Assembly: GCF_036321535.1 (NCBI RefSeq)
Contig: NC_087436.1
Coordinates: forward strand, 73,782,001-73,846,000
DNA from: Camelus dromedarius
Lineage: Eukaryota
Length of the DNA stretch: 64,000 nucleotides
Reading direction: 5' to 3'
Under the pieces are notes generated by a model, which saw nothing but the letters and a program-made list of their open reading frames with translations, was not told the DNA's origin and did no database searches. Shown here one piece after another: positions 1 through 12,797 of this stretch. The position numbers were made by a program, and so were the translations under genes. Numbering within the stretch: position 1 is the first letter of the stretch; every line of letters begins with the position of its first letter.

Positions 1-1637
1 GGTTGGCTTCATAGAATGAGTTTGGGAGTGTTCCCTCCTCTTCAGTCTTTTAGAAGAGTTTGAGAAGGATCAGTATAAGTTCTTTGTATGTTTGGTAGAA
101 TTCCCCAGTGAAGCTATCTGGTCCTGGACTTTGTTTGCAGGGAGTTTTTTAAATTACAGATTCTATTTCACTTCTAGTAATTAGTCTGTTCAAATTATTT
201 ATTTCTTCTTGATTCAGTTTTGGTGGACTGTGTGTTTTTAGAAACTTGTCTATTTCTTCTAGGTTGTCCAAAGCTGGCATACAATTTTTCGTAGTGTTCT
301 CTTATGATCTTTTTGTTTTGTTTTGTTATGGTATTGGTTGTAATTTCTCCTCTTTCATTTCTTATTTTATTTAGGTACTGTCTCTTTTCTTCTTGGTGAA
401 CCTAGCCAGAGGCTTGTCAATTTTGTTTACTCTTTCCAAAAACCAGCTCTTGGTTTTATTAATTTTTCTATTATTTTAAGAAATTTCTATTTATTTACTT
501 CTTCCCTGATCTTTATTATTTGTTTCCTGCTGACTTTACGTTTTGTTTGTTCTTCCTTTTCTAATTCTTTTAGGTGGTAGATTAGGTTGTTTATTTGAGA
601 TTTTTCTTGTTTTTTGATGAAGGTCCGTATCGCTATCATCTTCCCTTTTAGGACTGCTTTTGCTGCATCCCATAGATTTTGTGTGGTTGTGTTTCCATTG
701 TCATTTGTCTCAAGGTATTTTTAAGTTTCCTCTTTGATTTCATGGTTGACCCATGGGTTTTTAATAGCATATTGTTTAATAGCCATGCAGTCCTTTTTTC
801 CTTGTTTCTCTTTCTGTTGTTGATTTCTAGTTTCATGATGTTGGTGATCAGAAGAGATGCTTGAAATAATTTCTATCCTCTTAAATTTGTTAAGGTTTAT
901 TTTGTGGCCAAGTATGTGATCTATTCTAGGGAATGTTCCGTGTACACTTGAAAAGAATGTATATTTTGTTTTCCCTTTTTTTAATGTAATATCATGAAAA
1001 TATCAATTGAGTCTAACTGTTCTTTTGTGTCATTTAGGATCTCTGTTGCCTTACTGATTTTCTGTCTGGAATATCTGTTCATTGATGTTTGTGGGGTGTT
1101 AAAATCTACTATTAATTGTATTCCCACCAGTTTCTCCTTTATGTATGTTAATATTTGTTTTATGTATTTAGGTGCTCTTATATTGGGTGCATATATGTTA
1201 ATGAGTATAATGTCCCTTACTTGTGTTGATCTTTTTATCCTTATTTAGTATCCTTCTTTATCTTTCTTTACTGCTTTTGTTTTAAAGTCTGTTTTGTCTG
1301 ATATGAGTACTGCTACACTCACTTGTCATTTCCATTTTCAGGTAGTATCTTTTTCCATTCCTTCACTTTCAGTCTATGTGTGTCCATCACCCTATAGTGG
1401 GTCTCTTATAGGTAGTGTATTGTAGACTCTTATTTTATTACCCAGTCTGCCACTATATGCCTTTTGATTGGAGCATTTAGTCCATTGACATTAATGGTAA
1501 TTATTGATAGATATGTGTTTATTGCAATTTTACAACCTTGTTTTCTAGTTGATACTGTATTTCTTCTTTGTTTCTTTTTTCTTGGTTTGATGATTTTCTT
1601 TTGTATTATGCTTGAGTTCTTTTTGTTTTTTGTGATC
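1..1637 (-). mobile_element. Degraded LINE-1 fragment (ORF2 endonuclease region), runs off window start
   Basis: Minus-strand ORF pieces [24 protein letters not shown] and MKLEINNR...AWLLNNMLL match the N-terminus of the ORF2 at 31870; broken by stops and frameshifts. Confidence 0.9.
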
Positions 1638-2945
1638 ATGTAATTTGAAGGAGGTCTTTAGTTTCTAACAACAGAGCAAGTTTGTACTTCAGTGCTTCTA
1701 GAAGTAAAAAAGTGTTATTATGGTTAGTAAAATAGACCAGATAGTCTTGAAATTCTAGGAATACCTTGGAAATAAGAACTATTAATATCTCATTTAGGGC
1801 CCACAGCTTGTGATGTCAGTTCAGGTTTCTTAAGTAAATCACCAAACTAGCCAGAAATTTCCAGTGTCTTTTGCATGTAAGATTACACAGATATGAAGTA
1901 CATAACTGATGTCCCTATCATCTGATGTGACTGTTCTGTAAACTAATATGGTCTGTTCAAGGCCTGTGGTGAATGATTCATGGTTTTTAACCTTTTGTAG
2001 GTTATAGAACTCTATGAGACTCTATTAAAAGGTAAGGATATGTGAACATTTATACATTTTAATTACAATTTTGGGAAGTTGTTGAACCCTAAAAACCACA
2101 CATTCCAAGATAAAAGTCTTCTGCTTGGGGAATGATGGCATTGCAAAGACTTTTTAACTTTCCTTAAGCTCAGGTTGGTGTTAAACTTTTTTCGTCTTCT
2201 TTTCTTTTATCCTCCTTTCCCATTCTAAAGTTAACTGAAGGAATTTCTCTCTTGCATCTGAGCCAAGGAAACGAGATGGCCATGCCATAGTGTCTCTAAT
2301 TAGATTTGAGTGTCCTGGGAGAATGTTGCATAATATGTAAACAACATGCTTGTTTCTATCACAAGTGAAAATAATACAAATTAGTTTTGATTTTGAAAGA
2401 AGTGTCTCTCAGAATGAAACCCTGAGGAGCATGGATTTCCCCTCCTCTTAACAGCTGTTGCTGCTATTAAAACATTAAACTTAGTTTTAAAGCACTTTTA
2501 TCTTTAAAAGTCATGTAAGCTCCTCCTTAAAAACCTTAATTCCCTTCTTACATAGGGGTCTCTCCTAGTCTAGTAAACAGATTGCTAATACACATATTGA
2601 ATATTGTAATGGGAGAAGGCCATCGTTCTTTTTGTGCCTATCTGGTGATTCAACAAAAGTAGTAAGCTTCTCTTTATTTCCAAGTTTACTTTCTCCTAAG
2701 GTTTAAGAGTTATCTAATGTCTTTGGAAAGTTAGCCTGTCTTTGGAGAGAATGCTGATTTCCAAAGGATTCTAGCTATGGCAAATTTCAGTAATTCAGTT
2801 ACTCATTCAGTCAACAGGTATTTGTTGAGCATTATGGTGCACCCAATGTTCCTGTCAATACTATGGATACAATGTAAGTTAGACAGGTGTAGTCCCAGCT
2901 TTTATACAGCTTTGTCGGGATAGAGAATAAACCGATAAATATACA

Positions 2946-3180
2946 CAGTTGACCCTTGAACGACATGGATTTGAACTGCATGAGTCCACTTATAAGCAGA
3001 TTGTTTTCAATAAGTACTGCAGTTCTACACTGTTCCCTGGTTGGTTGAATCCATGGATGTGGAACTGTGGATACAGGGGACCATGGAACTGGAGGGCCAA
3101 CTAGACAGTTACACTTGGATTTTTGTCTGTGTTGGTGGAGGTTGGTATGCCTAACTGCTGAAATGTTCAAAGATCAGCTT
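2946..3180. mobile_element. Tigger2-family (TcMar) non-autonomous DNA transposon inside L2-like sequence
   Basis: Begins CAGTTGACCCTTGAAC and ends TGTTCAAAGATCAGCT (degenerate terminal inverted repeat); similar element at 4140. Confidence 0.7.
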
Positions 3181-4139
3181 TGTTTACAGATAGTGATAAA
3201 AGCTATAAGAAAGAATAATTAGACTGAGAGTGATAGGAATGGTGCTATTTTCAATAGGTTGGTGAGGAAAGCCTTCTCTGAGAAGGTGATACTTGAACAG
3301 AGTTAAGGAATGAAGTGAGGGAGTGAGTGTGGAAGTGATGGGAGTACTTTTGCTGTACTTGAGCAGCAGTCGGAGGCCAGTATAATTGGAGTAGAAAGGT
3401 GGAGGCAGAGAGTGGTAGGAATAAAGTGGGAGAGTTATGCTATGCAGAGCCTTACAGGCTGTGATGAATTTTGGATTTCATTTAAAGTGTGGTGGAGTGC
3501 TATTGGAAGATGAAATCAGGGGAGAGCCATAATCTTATGTTTTATAAATAACTGGCTGTTGTGTAGTGAATAAACTGTAGCAGGCAAGAGAGTAAGCAGG
3601 GTGACCACACATTATTATCTGGTGACCTGAAATATATTCACTAGTAGATCAATAATTTTTATTTAACACAAGCCATTAAGTTTTAGTCTAGTGTGGAGAA
3701 AGACGTTTTGGTATCTGTGAGACTGTTTTCAGTTCAGATCTTTTTCAGAGATGATTAGTTTTCATGAAGGTCACTGAGAACATAAACTCTAGCCTTTTAA
3801 GATTGGCACTTAAAATTCAATCTTTGAAAATTAGTTTCAATTTCTTTTAATTTTTTTCTTCTACTTAAAGACAGTAAAAAATATTCTTTGTAGAAAACTT
3901 AGACTGTAACATAGAGCATTTATTAAGAAATTAAAATGTTTCAGTACAGATTAAAGAGCAAATTCTCATGCACCCATTACCTGGATAAGAAATAGAACTT
4001 TACCTAGTCCAGAAGCTCCTTATGTGCTCTTCCCTGATTGTGTTTCCTTTTTGCCTCCTGAAATAACCACCATCTTGAATTTTATGGGAATCATTCCTTT
4101 GTTTTTTGTTTTCATCATATATGTCTTTACTCCCAAATA

Positions 4140-4339
4140 CAGCTGACCCTTGAACAACGCAGGGATTAGGGGCACCAACCGTCCCCACTACAGTTGAAAA
4201 TCCATGTATAACTTTACAGTCAGCTCTCTGTATCTGTGGTTCCGCATCTGTGGATTCAGCCAACTGTGGATCATGTAGTATGTGTTGAAAGAACTATAAG
4301 TGGACCCACGTAGTTCAAACTCATGTTGTTCAAAGGTCT
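4140..4339. mobile_element. Tigger2-family DNA transposon inserted in an old L1 fragment (~3930-5050)
   Basis: TA-CAGCTGACCCTTGAACAAC...TGTTGTTCAAAGGTC terminal inverted repeats. Confidence 0.7.
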
Positions 4340-5485
4340 GTGCACAGCGTTTACATTGCCTGCTTAAAAACTTTATAGTAAATGGAATCATGCTGCGTGT
4401 ACTTTTCTGTGATGCTTCTTTTGTGCAGAATTATTTTTGAAATTCATCCGTGTTAATGTGTAGAGTTGTATTTCATTTATTTCCACATTGTGTGATAGTC
4501 CATTGAATTAACATACCTAATTTACTTATCTACTCTATTTATGGACATTTGGATTTATAGCCAGAGTTTTATCATTACAAACAATGCTGCTGTAACATTC
4601 TCTCGTATATGTCATATGTAAGAATTTATCTATGGTGTATACATAGTAGTAGAATTGCTAGGGCATAGAGTGTGCCCATGTTAAGTTGTATAAGATATAC
4701 TAAATTGGTTTTTATAGTAGTCATAGGTATTTTCTCTTCCACTAGAAGTGGAAGGGCATTCCTCATTGCTCTAGATACCTTCCTGACACTTGGTATTACC
4801 CAACTTAAAGATTTTTTCTAGTCTGGTGGTATGGAATAGTATGCCTTAATGGTTTGAATATACATGTCCCTGATTACTAATGAAGTTGAGCATTTTTTCA
4901 TATGTTAAGGCTTGTGCTTTTTTCTTTTTTGAAATTCCTATTCGTTTCTGTTTCTTGTTTTTCAACTGGTGGTCTACCTTTTCCTTTTTTATTCATAGGA
5001 GTTCTTTATATGTTCTAGATACTAGTAATTTGTTAACTAAATGCATTGGAAATACCTTCTTAGTGATTAATTGGATATGGGAGATGAGGGAGAAGGAGAG
5101 TAGAATTACTCCCAGATTTCTGTTTGGGGAACTGAGTGGATGATGGTGCTGTTAAACTGGGGTATAGAATAGAGGAGGAGAAATAGATCTGGGGGAGAGA
5201 GGAATTAAGATATTTTGGAGTTTGATCTTCCTATGATTTATCCAGTTGGAAATGTCTCATAGAAAGTTGATTCTCAGGATCTGAAGCTCAAGCCAAGCCT
5301 CTGTTATGCCAAATGATGGCCCTTTTAAGAGACTATAATTAGAAGGAATATGGTAATTCTCAGACTCATTTGTCCTCTACCCATCCTCTACTTCTCTAGG
5401 CTAAGGATTCTCCAATCCAAACTTTTTATGAAGTAAATATCCCAGTCAAGTGACACACCAGACACTTCATCTTAGTTATAATTAC

Positions 5486-5491
5486 TTTATT
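5486..5491 (-). terminator. CXCL10 polyadenylation signal AATAAA (a proximal one at 5641-5646)
   Basis: TTTATT on + strand about 720 nt beyond the stop codon, in the expected position for the CXCL10 3' end. Confidence 0.7.
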
Positions 5492-6212
5492 AGTTTTTTG
5501 GTCTCTAAGCAGTTAAATAATCTTTCTTAATATTTCTAGGAGAGAACATCATTTTTGTTTTTTAAAAACATCCATCACATTTGTCTTACATAATGTGCAG
5601 AACATGTATCTAAATTTGAAAATTTCTCCCATCGTAGTACTTTATTACATGTATTCTATAAACACTGAAAACAATATAAGAAACACATACACCTAAGGAT
5701 TCTACATTGTATAGTCTTTCACTAAATAATACTGTTTTCACATTTCCAGATATTTCTAGCTGCTTCTGTGTATTGTGTGTATAACCACCAGAAGAATGTG
5801 GGCCCCTTGAAAGAATGGCAGTAGAAGCCCACAGAGTAAAGATCTTTCTTTAAAAAGTGTATTGTATTATTGCTTTGATTGAATACCTTTTAGTTATTTG
5901 AGATTCTAAGAATTCTAATAAGCCCAGAGTTGGAAGGATCCTGTAATAACCTTTAGAAGATAGGAAAGGTGAGGGCTAGGACTTGGCATGTTCACTAAGA
6001 GTGTAGCGCCTCAGCATAGCTTATAGTATAGTACTAATGATGAACCATCCACTGCCCTGCAGGGGTGGTAGCAGCTAATTTGGTGACTGTGGTTGGTCAC
6101 CTTTTAGGAGAACTGCAATCCATGGACATTTAGGGCTTCATGTATATTGTATGTAGGGAAATGTTGTCAGAGGTAGCTTCTCTCTGGTCCTTCATTATCA
6201 GTAGTGCAGTGA

Positions 6213-6249
6213 TTATGCCTCTCTCTGTGTTTGAGGAGATCTTTTAGAC
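6213..6249 (-). CDS. CXCL10: CXCL10 coding exon 4
   Basis: ttcttacag|G TCT AAA AGA TCT CCT CAA ACA CAG AGA GAG GCA TAA = (R)SKRSPQTQREA*. Confidence 0.95.
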
Positions 6250-6711
6250 CTGTAAGAAGAGAAAGAGGGTGTAAAAGACTCTGACTTCAGTCTGAGTTCT
6301 TTCTGAAACAATCTGAGTTCTGCTTGAAACACACTGAATTCATAGGTAATTCCAAGTACTTAGGTGAAATCTGGTATGCTTTCCTGCTGCTGCACAATTT
6401 ATGTAGGTTACAAGGGCTGCCTTTTTAAGGCCAGGAAAGGCTTGGGGGAAATTTGGCATCTTTGCTTGGATAGTTATAGCTCTGCCTCAAGGTTGAAGTG
6501 ACCTATTGACACTTCTAGACAGGTAATCAAGGTAGCTTTTGATACCACACAAGATGGCACCTTAGTATAAAAATAGATGGAGGTAGTGGAGGGCATGATG
6601 GTAATATTATTTTAAGCCAAGGATTCCACGGGAAAGCCCAATGCAAATATTTCTAACTTCCCAAGATTGACATTTCTCAAAGAGCAGTTCTACAAGCAAT
6701 AGCAAACCTAC

Positions 6712-6801
6712 CTTTGCTTGCTAATTGCTTTCAGTAAATTCTTGATGGTCTTAGATTCTGGATTCAGACATCTTTTTTCCCCATTCTTTTTCATTGTGGC
6801 A
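6712..6801 (-). CDS. CXCL10: CXCL10 coding exon 3
   Basis: ttctatag|T GCC ACA ATG...AAG CAA AG|gtaggt; ATMKKNGEKRCLNPESKTIKNLLKAISKQR; 90 nt. Confidence 0.97.
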
Positions 6802-7030
6802 CTATAGAAGTAAATAAAGGGAAAATATTTGAAACAATGTTGGGCCAATAAAACAGATGGAATATACAGTTTTAACGTCAGACATTTAGGTTTCACAGTA
6901 GAAGTTTCCTTTTGCTATACATAAGTCTTAGAGTCATCACAAGCCCTTTACTGATCTACTGTGATCACCATTACATATTTAATATATGATTACAACCAGG
7001 AAGGTGATCATTAGGTGCAATTTTACTCAC

Positions 7031-7157
7031 ATAATCTCAACACGTGGGCAAGATTGACTTGCAGGAATCATTTCAAGTTTTTCTAAGGACCTCGGATTAA
7101 CAGGTCGATCACTGATCTTGATGCAGGTGCAGCGTGAAGTTCTGGAGAGAAGCATTT
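7031..7157 (-). CDS. CXCL10: CXCL10 coding exon 2
   Basis: ttttcctgcag|AA ATG CTT CTC TCC AGA...GAG ATT AT|gtgagt; contains RCTCIKISDRPVNPRSLEKLEMIPASQSCPRVEI; 127 nt. Confidence 0.97.
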
Positions 7158-7682
7158 CTGCAGGAAAAGAGACAGGTGTAGCAGGGGAGATTAGCACAGT
7201 TTTCATTTTAGGCATTTGATGTGGATTGGCTAGTATGCAGCAGACTCTATACCCCCATATAGTCACATAATCACTTAATCTGAGAAGGAATGATCCCATA
7301 CTAACACAGCTCTGTATGACTGATTAGTTGATTCTCTGAAAGAATGAAATTGCCTCTTGTAGATTGTAAGATTATACCCTTGAGCCCAGGTCATATAGTT
7401 ACTTAAGTTTACTGAAGAAATACCTGTCTCATTCTCCTTCCTCATTCCCTCCCATTTTCTCTGTCTATCCCTCTTCCTCTTCTGCTCCCACCTTCCTCCT
7501 TCTCTTCCATTGTACTTGCTTCTCTGATTGTAAACTCTGACTAGAAGGAATCTGTGCTCATTTACCCTTCATTTATAGGAAGGTTGTAAAACTTTTGCAA
7601 ATAAGTTATTTCCATATTTATAGACTTTACACCCAGTCCTATTTCTGATCTTACAAATTAAACATCCCTTGATGTTCCTTAC

Positions 7683-7743
7683 CTTGAGTTCCATTCAGAG
7701 TCAGAAGGATAAGGCAGAAAATAAGAACAGCACTTTGGTTCAT
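7683..7743 (-). CDS. CXCL10: CXCL10 coding exon 1 (signal peptide)
   Basis: GGCACC ATG AAC CAA AGT GCT...ACT CAA G|gtaagg; MNQSAVLIFCLILLTLNGTQ; 61 nt. Confidence 0.97.
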
Positions 7744-7829
7744 GGTGCCGTGACTGAAAGTTCTTCTGCTGCAGGCTCACAATGTCTGAGGAGTTGAGGA
7801 GTGTCTCAGAAAATGTGGGGCTAGGATGC

Positions 7830-8035
7830 AGTATTTATTTGCAAAGTCACGTTCCCTCTCTAACTCTGATTGGATAACATTACAGTTGACTCGGCAAAGC
7901 CTGTTGTCTGTTCCTTGGGGAAGTCCCATGTTGCAGAATCAGAGGTATTATTTATATTTATTGTGGCTTCCGAGTTATGGAATTTCCCTTCACCTCCCTT
8001 TTTTCAATGAGAGTGAGTTAGGTTTCACTTTCCAA
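7830..8035 (-). promoter_or_regulatory. CXCL10 proximal promoter: TATA-like element, kB1, kB2, ISRE
   Basis: Minus strand AAATAAATA (~7832-7840), GGGACTTCCC (7918-7927), GGGAAATTCC (7979-7988), GGAAAGTGAAACCT (8020-8033); same order as the known human/mouse CXCL10 promoter. Confidence 0.9.
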
Positions 8036-10277
8036 AACGTGAATTTCTTGAAAAACAGAACTTTATTGCAAACAGAAATAATTTAAAAAAAAATAGAACT
8101 TGGATTCTTACCTTGCACCTCCTGCAAAATAAACTGTCAACATAATCCTTAAGTCAGAGTCCCCAAAATGAGTAAGTCTTAATACTTACTTTGAATCCAT
8201 TTGAATTTGCAGCAGTAAGGCATGAACATGAATATCTTACATTTATTCACTTTTTATGGGTTTCAGAGATATCATATACTTTTTCATTTTATCCCTACAA
8301 TAACTCTGTAAGAAGATAGGAAATTATCTTTATGTGTGAAAGAATAATCTTAAATGTTAGATAACTATGTTAGATAACTATGTTATGAAGTCTGCCATTC
8401 ATTTATTCTAGCTATGATGCTTTTTCAACATTTATTTTAAACTTTGGTAATTAGTTTCAAAGGCTAGGTAATTCTAAAAAATTCCTCAGAAATAGCAATT
8501 TTTCATTCTTTGGAGGTAAATCTAATTTTGGAGGATAGTAATTTAGCCAGGCATTGCAGTATTTGATCAAATACTTACAAAGAAATAGATTTGGTCTTCT
8601 TGGACAAGGACAGAGATACAGAACTGGCAAATTTCAGGGAATTTCAGAAGTGCTCTGATTGTTCATAACATTATTAGGATAAGTCAATAGCTTTCAGCAT
8701 AAGTATTTCAAGGGAGAACGCTGTTCATTTGGATATCTAATTTCTGGTATGTTAGTAAACAAGTTTCATGTACAGTCAGTCCCTGAATGAAAACATCAGC
8801 ATGATAAGATAACATCCAGAATGGAGTAAGAAAAGGGTTTGTAGCTATAGTAAGGTCACTGCAAAAAAAATGGAAGATGCTTTTTGAGGAAATAAATTTA
8901 AGAGGGGCAAAAATAGAGACAGACCTTGGGAGAACAGAATGGAAACAGAGAGGTTGATTTAAGATGGGTATAGCTCTAAGAGAATGTCACATGAAAAGCA
9001 ATGGCAAAAAAGTGTTAGCCTTTGAACTGGTAACGTTGGTATAATTAAGCACAATTTCAACTGGGCAAATAGAGACAAATAGGGGCAAAACTTGATTTCT
9101 TATCTTAGCTTTCAGTAGTATGTGGCTGATTATTTATAGCAGACAGCATCACTAAGAAGTAGGTGATAACCATCTAATATAATGTGTTAGAAGTTCAGCA
9201 ATATGTGAGGGACATACAGTCTCCTTGTGTTCTTTGCAAGTGCTTGGCAACACAGGGTATAAAATGATATACTTTTCCAAATGCAGGCATTACCCTGCAG
9301 TGGGAAATCAAATGCAGGTGATACTTGGAACCTAGCAAAATATCAGGGAGGTCTTTTCAGAGTCAGCTAGGCTGCAGGAATGTAGAGATAGTTCAGGGAA
9401 AGGCAGGGCTTCCATCTTAGGTTTAGCCTAGTGTACTTGGCAGGTACTGACCTAAAATGTGGCATTGAGGCCAAGATAAAACCCGTATCTGTAAACTGGT
9501 CACACAAAAGACTTGAAACCTCAAATGCAGAAACTCCTTCATCAGAACAGTGAGTGAGTTGTTGCATGGGGCAGACAGAAATTGCCGGGGTGTTAAATCC
9601 CAGGCCAGTCTGTTCCAGAGGCTGAGGTAGAGCTGTAGAGCTAAGCTTGGTAAATCAGTGGATTTAGCTGTGGGGAAACTGGAAAGACGAAAGGAAGGGA
9701 AGTGAGTCAGAGGCTCATAGAACCCAGAAGACTTTCACCCAGCAAAAAGGCTTTCTTCTGATGAGGGAAAGTTTTGTGAGAGACAGTGATGTGGAAGGGC
9801 TCTCCCATAGCTATTTGTGCAGAATGAAAATTGAACTGTGAATAAAAATTCCAAACATTTTCCGGGAAGTGTCTGACATCATGGATGGAATATTGAACTG
9901 AACAGTTCAGTATTAAACAATAAAAAAATACATGATGGTAATTTAACTTTTGTTAGTATCTAAGTTCTCAGCTAAGATGTTGTCTATATAGTAAAGTAAA
10001 AGGAGAGTTGAGGTAGATGCCTGCCAGTGTTCTGTTATTAATGAGAAAATATTTCTTATTAGTTTAATTGATTTTTAATTAAATATTTCATAGCATTAAC
10101 TATATGCCAGGTGTTGTTTGAAGTGCTTTATGGACGTTAACTTATTTAATCCTTAAATGGTAACTTATGTTACCCAGTAACTCTAGCTCTAGAGTCCATT
10201 TTCTCAACAACTTTGTTATGCTGCCTCTCCAGAGAGAACATTGTTCTTGATTTTGATTTCCAATTTCCATTCTCTCT

Positions 10278-12797
10278 TTTTTTTAATTGAAGTACAGTCA
10301 GTTATAATGTGTTAATTTCCAGTGTATAGCACAATGTCCCAGTCACGAATATACATACATAAATTTGCTTTCATATCTTTTTCATTAGAAGTTATTACAA
10401 GATACTGAATATAGTTCCCTGCACTATATAGAAGAAACTTGTTTTTTAAAATCTATTTTTATATATAGTGGCTAACATTTGCAAATCTCAAACTCCCAAA
10501 TTTATTCTTTCCTACCCCCTTTCACCTGGTAACAGAAGATTGTTTACTATGTCTGCGAGTCTGTTTCTGTTTTGTAGATGAGTTCTTTAGTGTCCTCTTT
10601 TTTACTTTTCTTTTAGATTGCACATATGAGTGATATCATATGGTATTTTTCTTTCTCCTTCTGGCTTACTTCACTTAGAATGACAATCTCCAGGTCCATC
10701 CATGTTGCTGCAAATGACATTATTTTATTTTTTATGGCTGAGTAGTATTCCATTGTATAAATATACCACAACTTTATCCAGTCATCTGTCGATGGACATT
10801 TAGGTTGTTTCCATGTCTTGGCTAACGTATATAGTGCTGCTGTGAACATTGGGATGCATGTATCTTTTCGAATTAGAGTTCCCTCCAGGTACATGCCCAG
10901 GAGGGGGATTGCCGGATTGTATGATAAGTCTAATTTTATTTTTTTGAGGAATTTCCGTACTGTTTTCCATAATGGCTGCACCAAACTACATTCCTGCCAA
11001 CAGTGTAGGGGGAGTTCCCTTTTCTTCACACCCTCTCCAGAATTTATCATTTGTGGACTTTTGAATGATGGCCATTCTGACTGGTGTGAGGTGATAACCT
11101 CATTGTAGGTTTGATTTGCATTTCTCTGATAATTAGCGATATTGAGCATTTTTTTCATGTGCTTATTGGCCATTTGTATGTCTTCATCGGAGAGTTGCTT
11201 GTTTAGGTTTTCTGCCCATTTTTGGATTGAGTTGTTTGGTTTTTTGTTATTAAGTTGTATGAGCTGTTTATATATTCTGGAAATTAAACCTTTGTCAGTC
11301 GCATGATTTGCAAATATTTTCTACCATTCCATAGGTTGTCATTTTGTTTTACTTATTGTTTCCTTTGTTCTGCAAAAGCTTGTAAGTTTTAGATCCCATT
11401 TGTTAATTTTTACTTTTATTTCTGTTGCCTGGGTAGAGTGCCCCAAGGAGAACATTGCTGAGATTTATGTCAGAGAATGTTTTGCCTTTATTTTCTTCTA
11501 GGAGGTTTATCATGTCTTGTCTTATATTTAAGTCTTTAAGCCATTTTAAGTTTATTTTTGTGTCTGGTGTGAGGAAGTGTTCAGCAAACAGCATCCAGCA
11601 GCACATAAAAAAGATCGTACATCATGATCAGATTGGATTCATCCCAGGGACACCAAGATGGTTCAACATACGCAATTCATTCAATGTGATAACACCACAT
11701 CCACAAAAGGAAGGACAAAACTACATTATCATCTCAACAGATGCGGAAAAAGCATTTGATAAAATTCAGCACCCATTTATGACAAAACTCTTATCAAAGT
11801 GGGTGTAGAGGGAACATATCTCAACATAATAAAAGCTATTTATGATAAACCCACAGCCAGTATAATACTCAACAGTGAAAAATCTCAAAGCCTTCTCACT
11901 AAAAATACTAAGACAAGGATGCCCACTCTCACCACCTCTGTTCAACATAGTCTGGGAAGTCCTAGCAATCAGGCAAGAAAAAGAAATAAAAGGGATCCAA
12001 ATTGGAAGAAAAGAGGTAAAATTGTCACTGTATGTGGATGACATGATACTATATATAGAAAACCCTAAAAGCTCCACACAAAAACTACTAGAGCTGATAA
12101 AAGAATTTGACAAGATAGCAGGATACAAGATTAACATACAGAAATCAGTTGCATTTCTTTACACTAACAACGAAATAACAGGAAAGAAAATAAAGAAACA
12201 GTTGCTTTTAAAATCACATCCAAAACAATAAAATACTTAGGAATAAATCTGACCAAGGAAGTGAAAGACTTATACATGGAGAACTACTAAGCATTTATTA
12301 AGGAAACTAAAGATGACTTAAAGAAATTAAAAGGTATCCCATGCTCTTGGATTGGAAGAATCAATATTGTTAAAATGGTCATACTACCCAAGGCAATCTA
12401 CAGATTTAAAGCAATCTCTATCAAATTATCCAGGATATATTTCACAGAACTAGAACAAATAATAATAAAATTTATGTGGAATCACAGAAGACCCAGAATT
12501 GCCAAAGCATTGCTGAAGAAAAAGAATGAGGCTGGGGGAATAACCCTCTCAGACTTCAGACAATACTACAGAGCTACAGTAATCAAAGCAGCATGGTACT
12601 GGCATAAAAACAGGCATATGGATCAATGGAACAGAATAGAGAGCCCAGAAATAAACTCACAGATGTATGGTCAATTAATTTTCAACAAAGGAGGCAAGAA
12701 TATACAATGGAGAAAAGACAGTCTCTTTAGCAAGTGGTGTTGGGAAAACTCGATAGTAGCATATAAATTAATGAAGTTAGATTACTCCCTCACACCA
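10278..12797 (-). mobile_element. 5'-truncated, 5'-inverted LINE-1 (3' part on minus 10278-~11580; inverted ORF2 part on plus ~11581-12797)
   Basis: T-run at 10277; minus ORF ending [14 protein letters not shown]; plus-strand ORFs with [12 protein letters not shown]; approximate TSD CCATTCT(C/G)TCT at 10267 and 12795. Confidence 0.9.

Larger units (their letters stand above)
5470..7807 (-). other. CXCL10: CXCL10 gene (transcribed span, 4 exons; 104-aa precursor)
   Basis: Spliced product MNQSAVLIFCLILLTLNGTQEMLLSRTSRCTCIKISDRPVNPRSLEKLEMIPASQSCPRVEIIATMKKNGEKRCLNPESKTIKNLLKAISKQRSKRSPQTQREA. CXC motif with 4 Cys, coding exons 61/127/90/37 nt, all GT-AG. Transcript ends approximate. Confidence 0.97.

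Noticed and set aside
1..400. Similarity between the window start and window end (~63660-64000), suggesting a large duplication
   Set aside because: Both are the same ORF2 region from separate diverged L1 copies.
1..5400. Search for CXCL9 downstream of CXCL10
   Set aside because: No CXCL9 exon recognised; it would be expected beyond the left edge of the window.
6248..6345. Apparent plus-strand exon (ttttag|ACCTG...CATAG|gtaatt)
   Set aside because: It overlaps the CXCL10 intron 3/exon 4 boundary on the opposite strand; no evidence it is an ART3 exon.
8354..8385. Short tandem duplication (ATGTTAGATAACT x2.5)
   Set aside because: Ordinary slippage repeat with no spacer structure.
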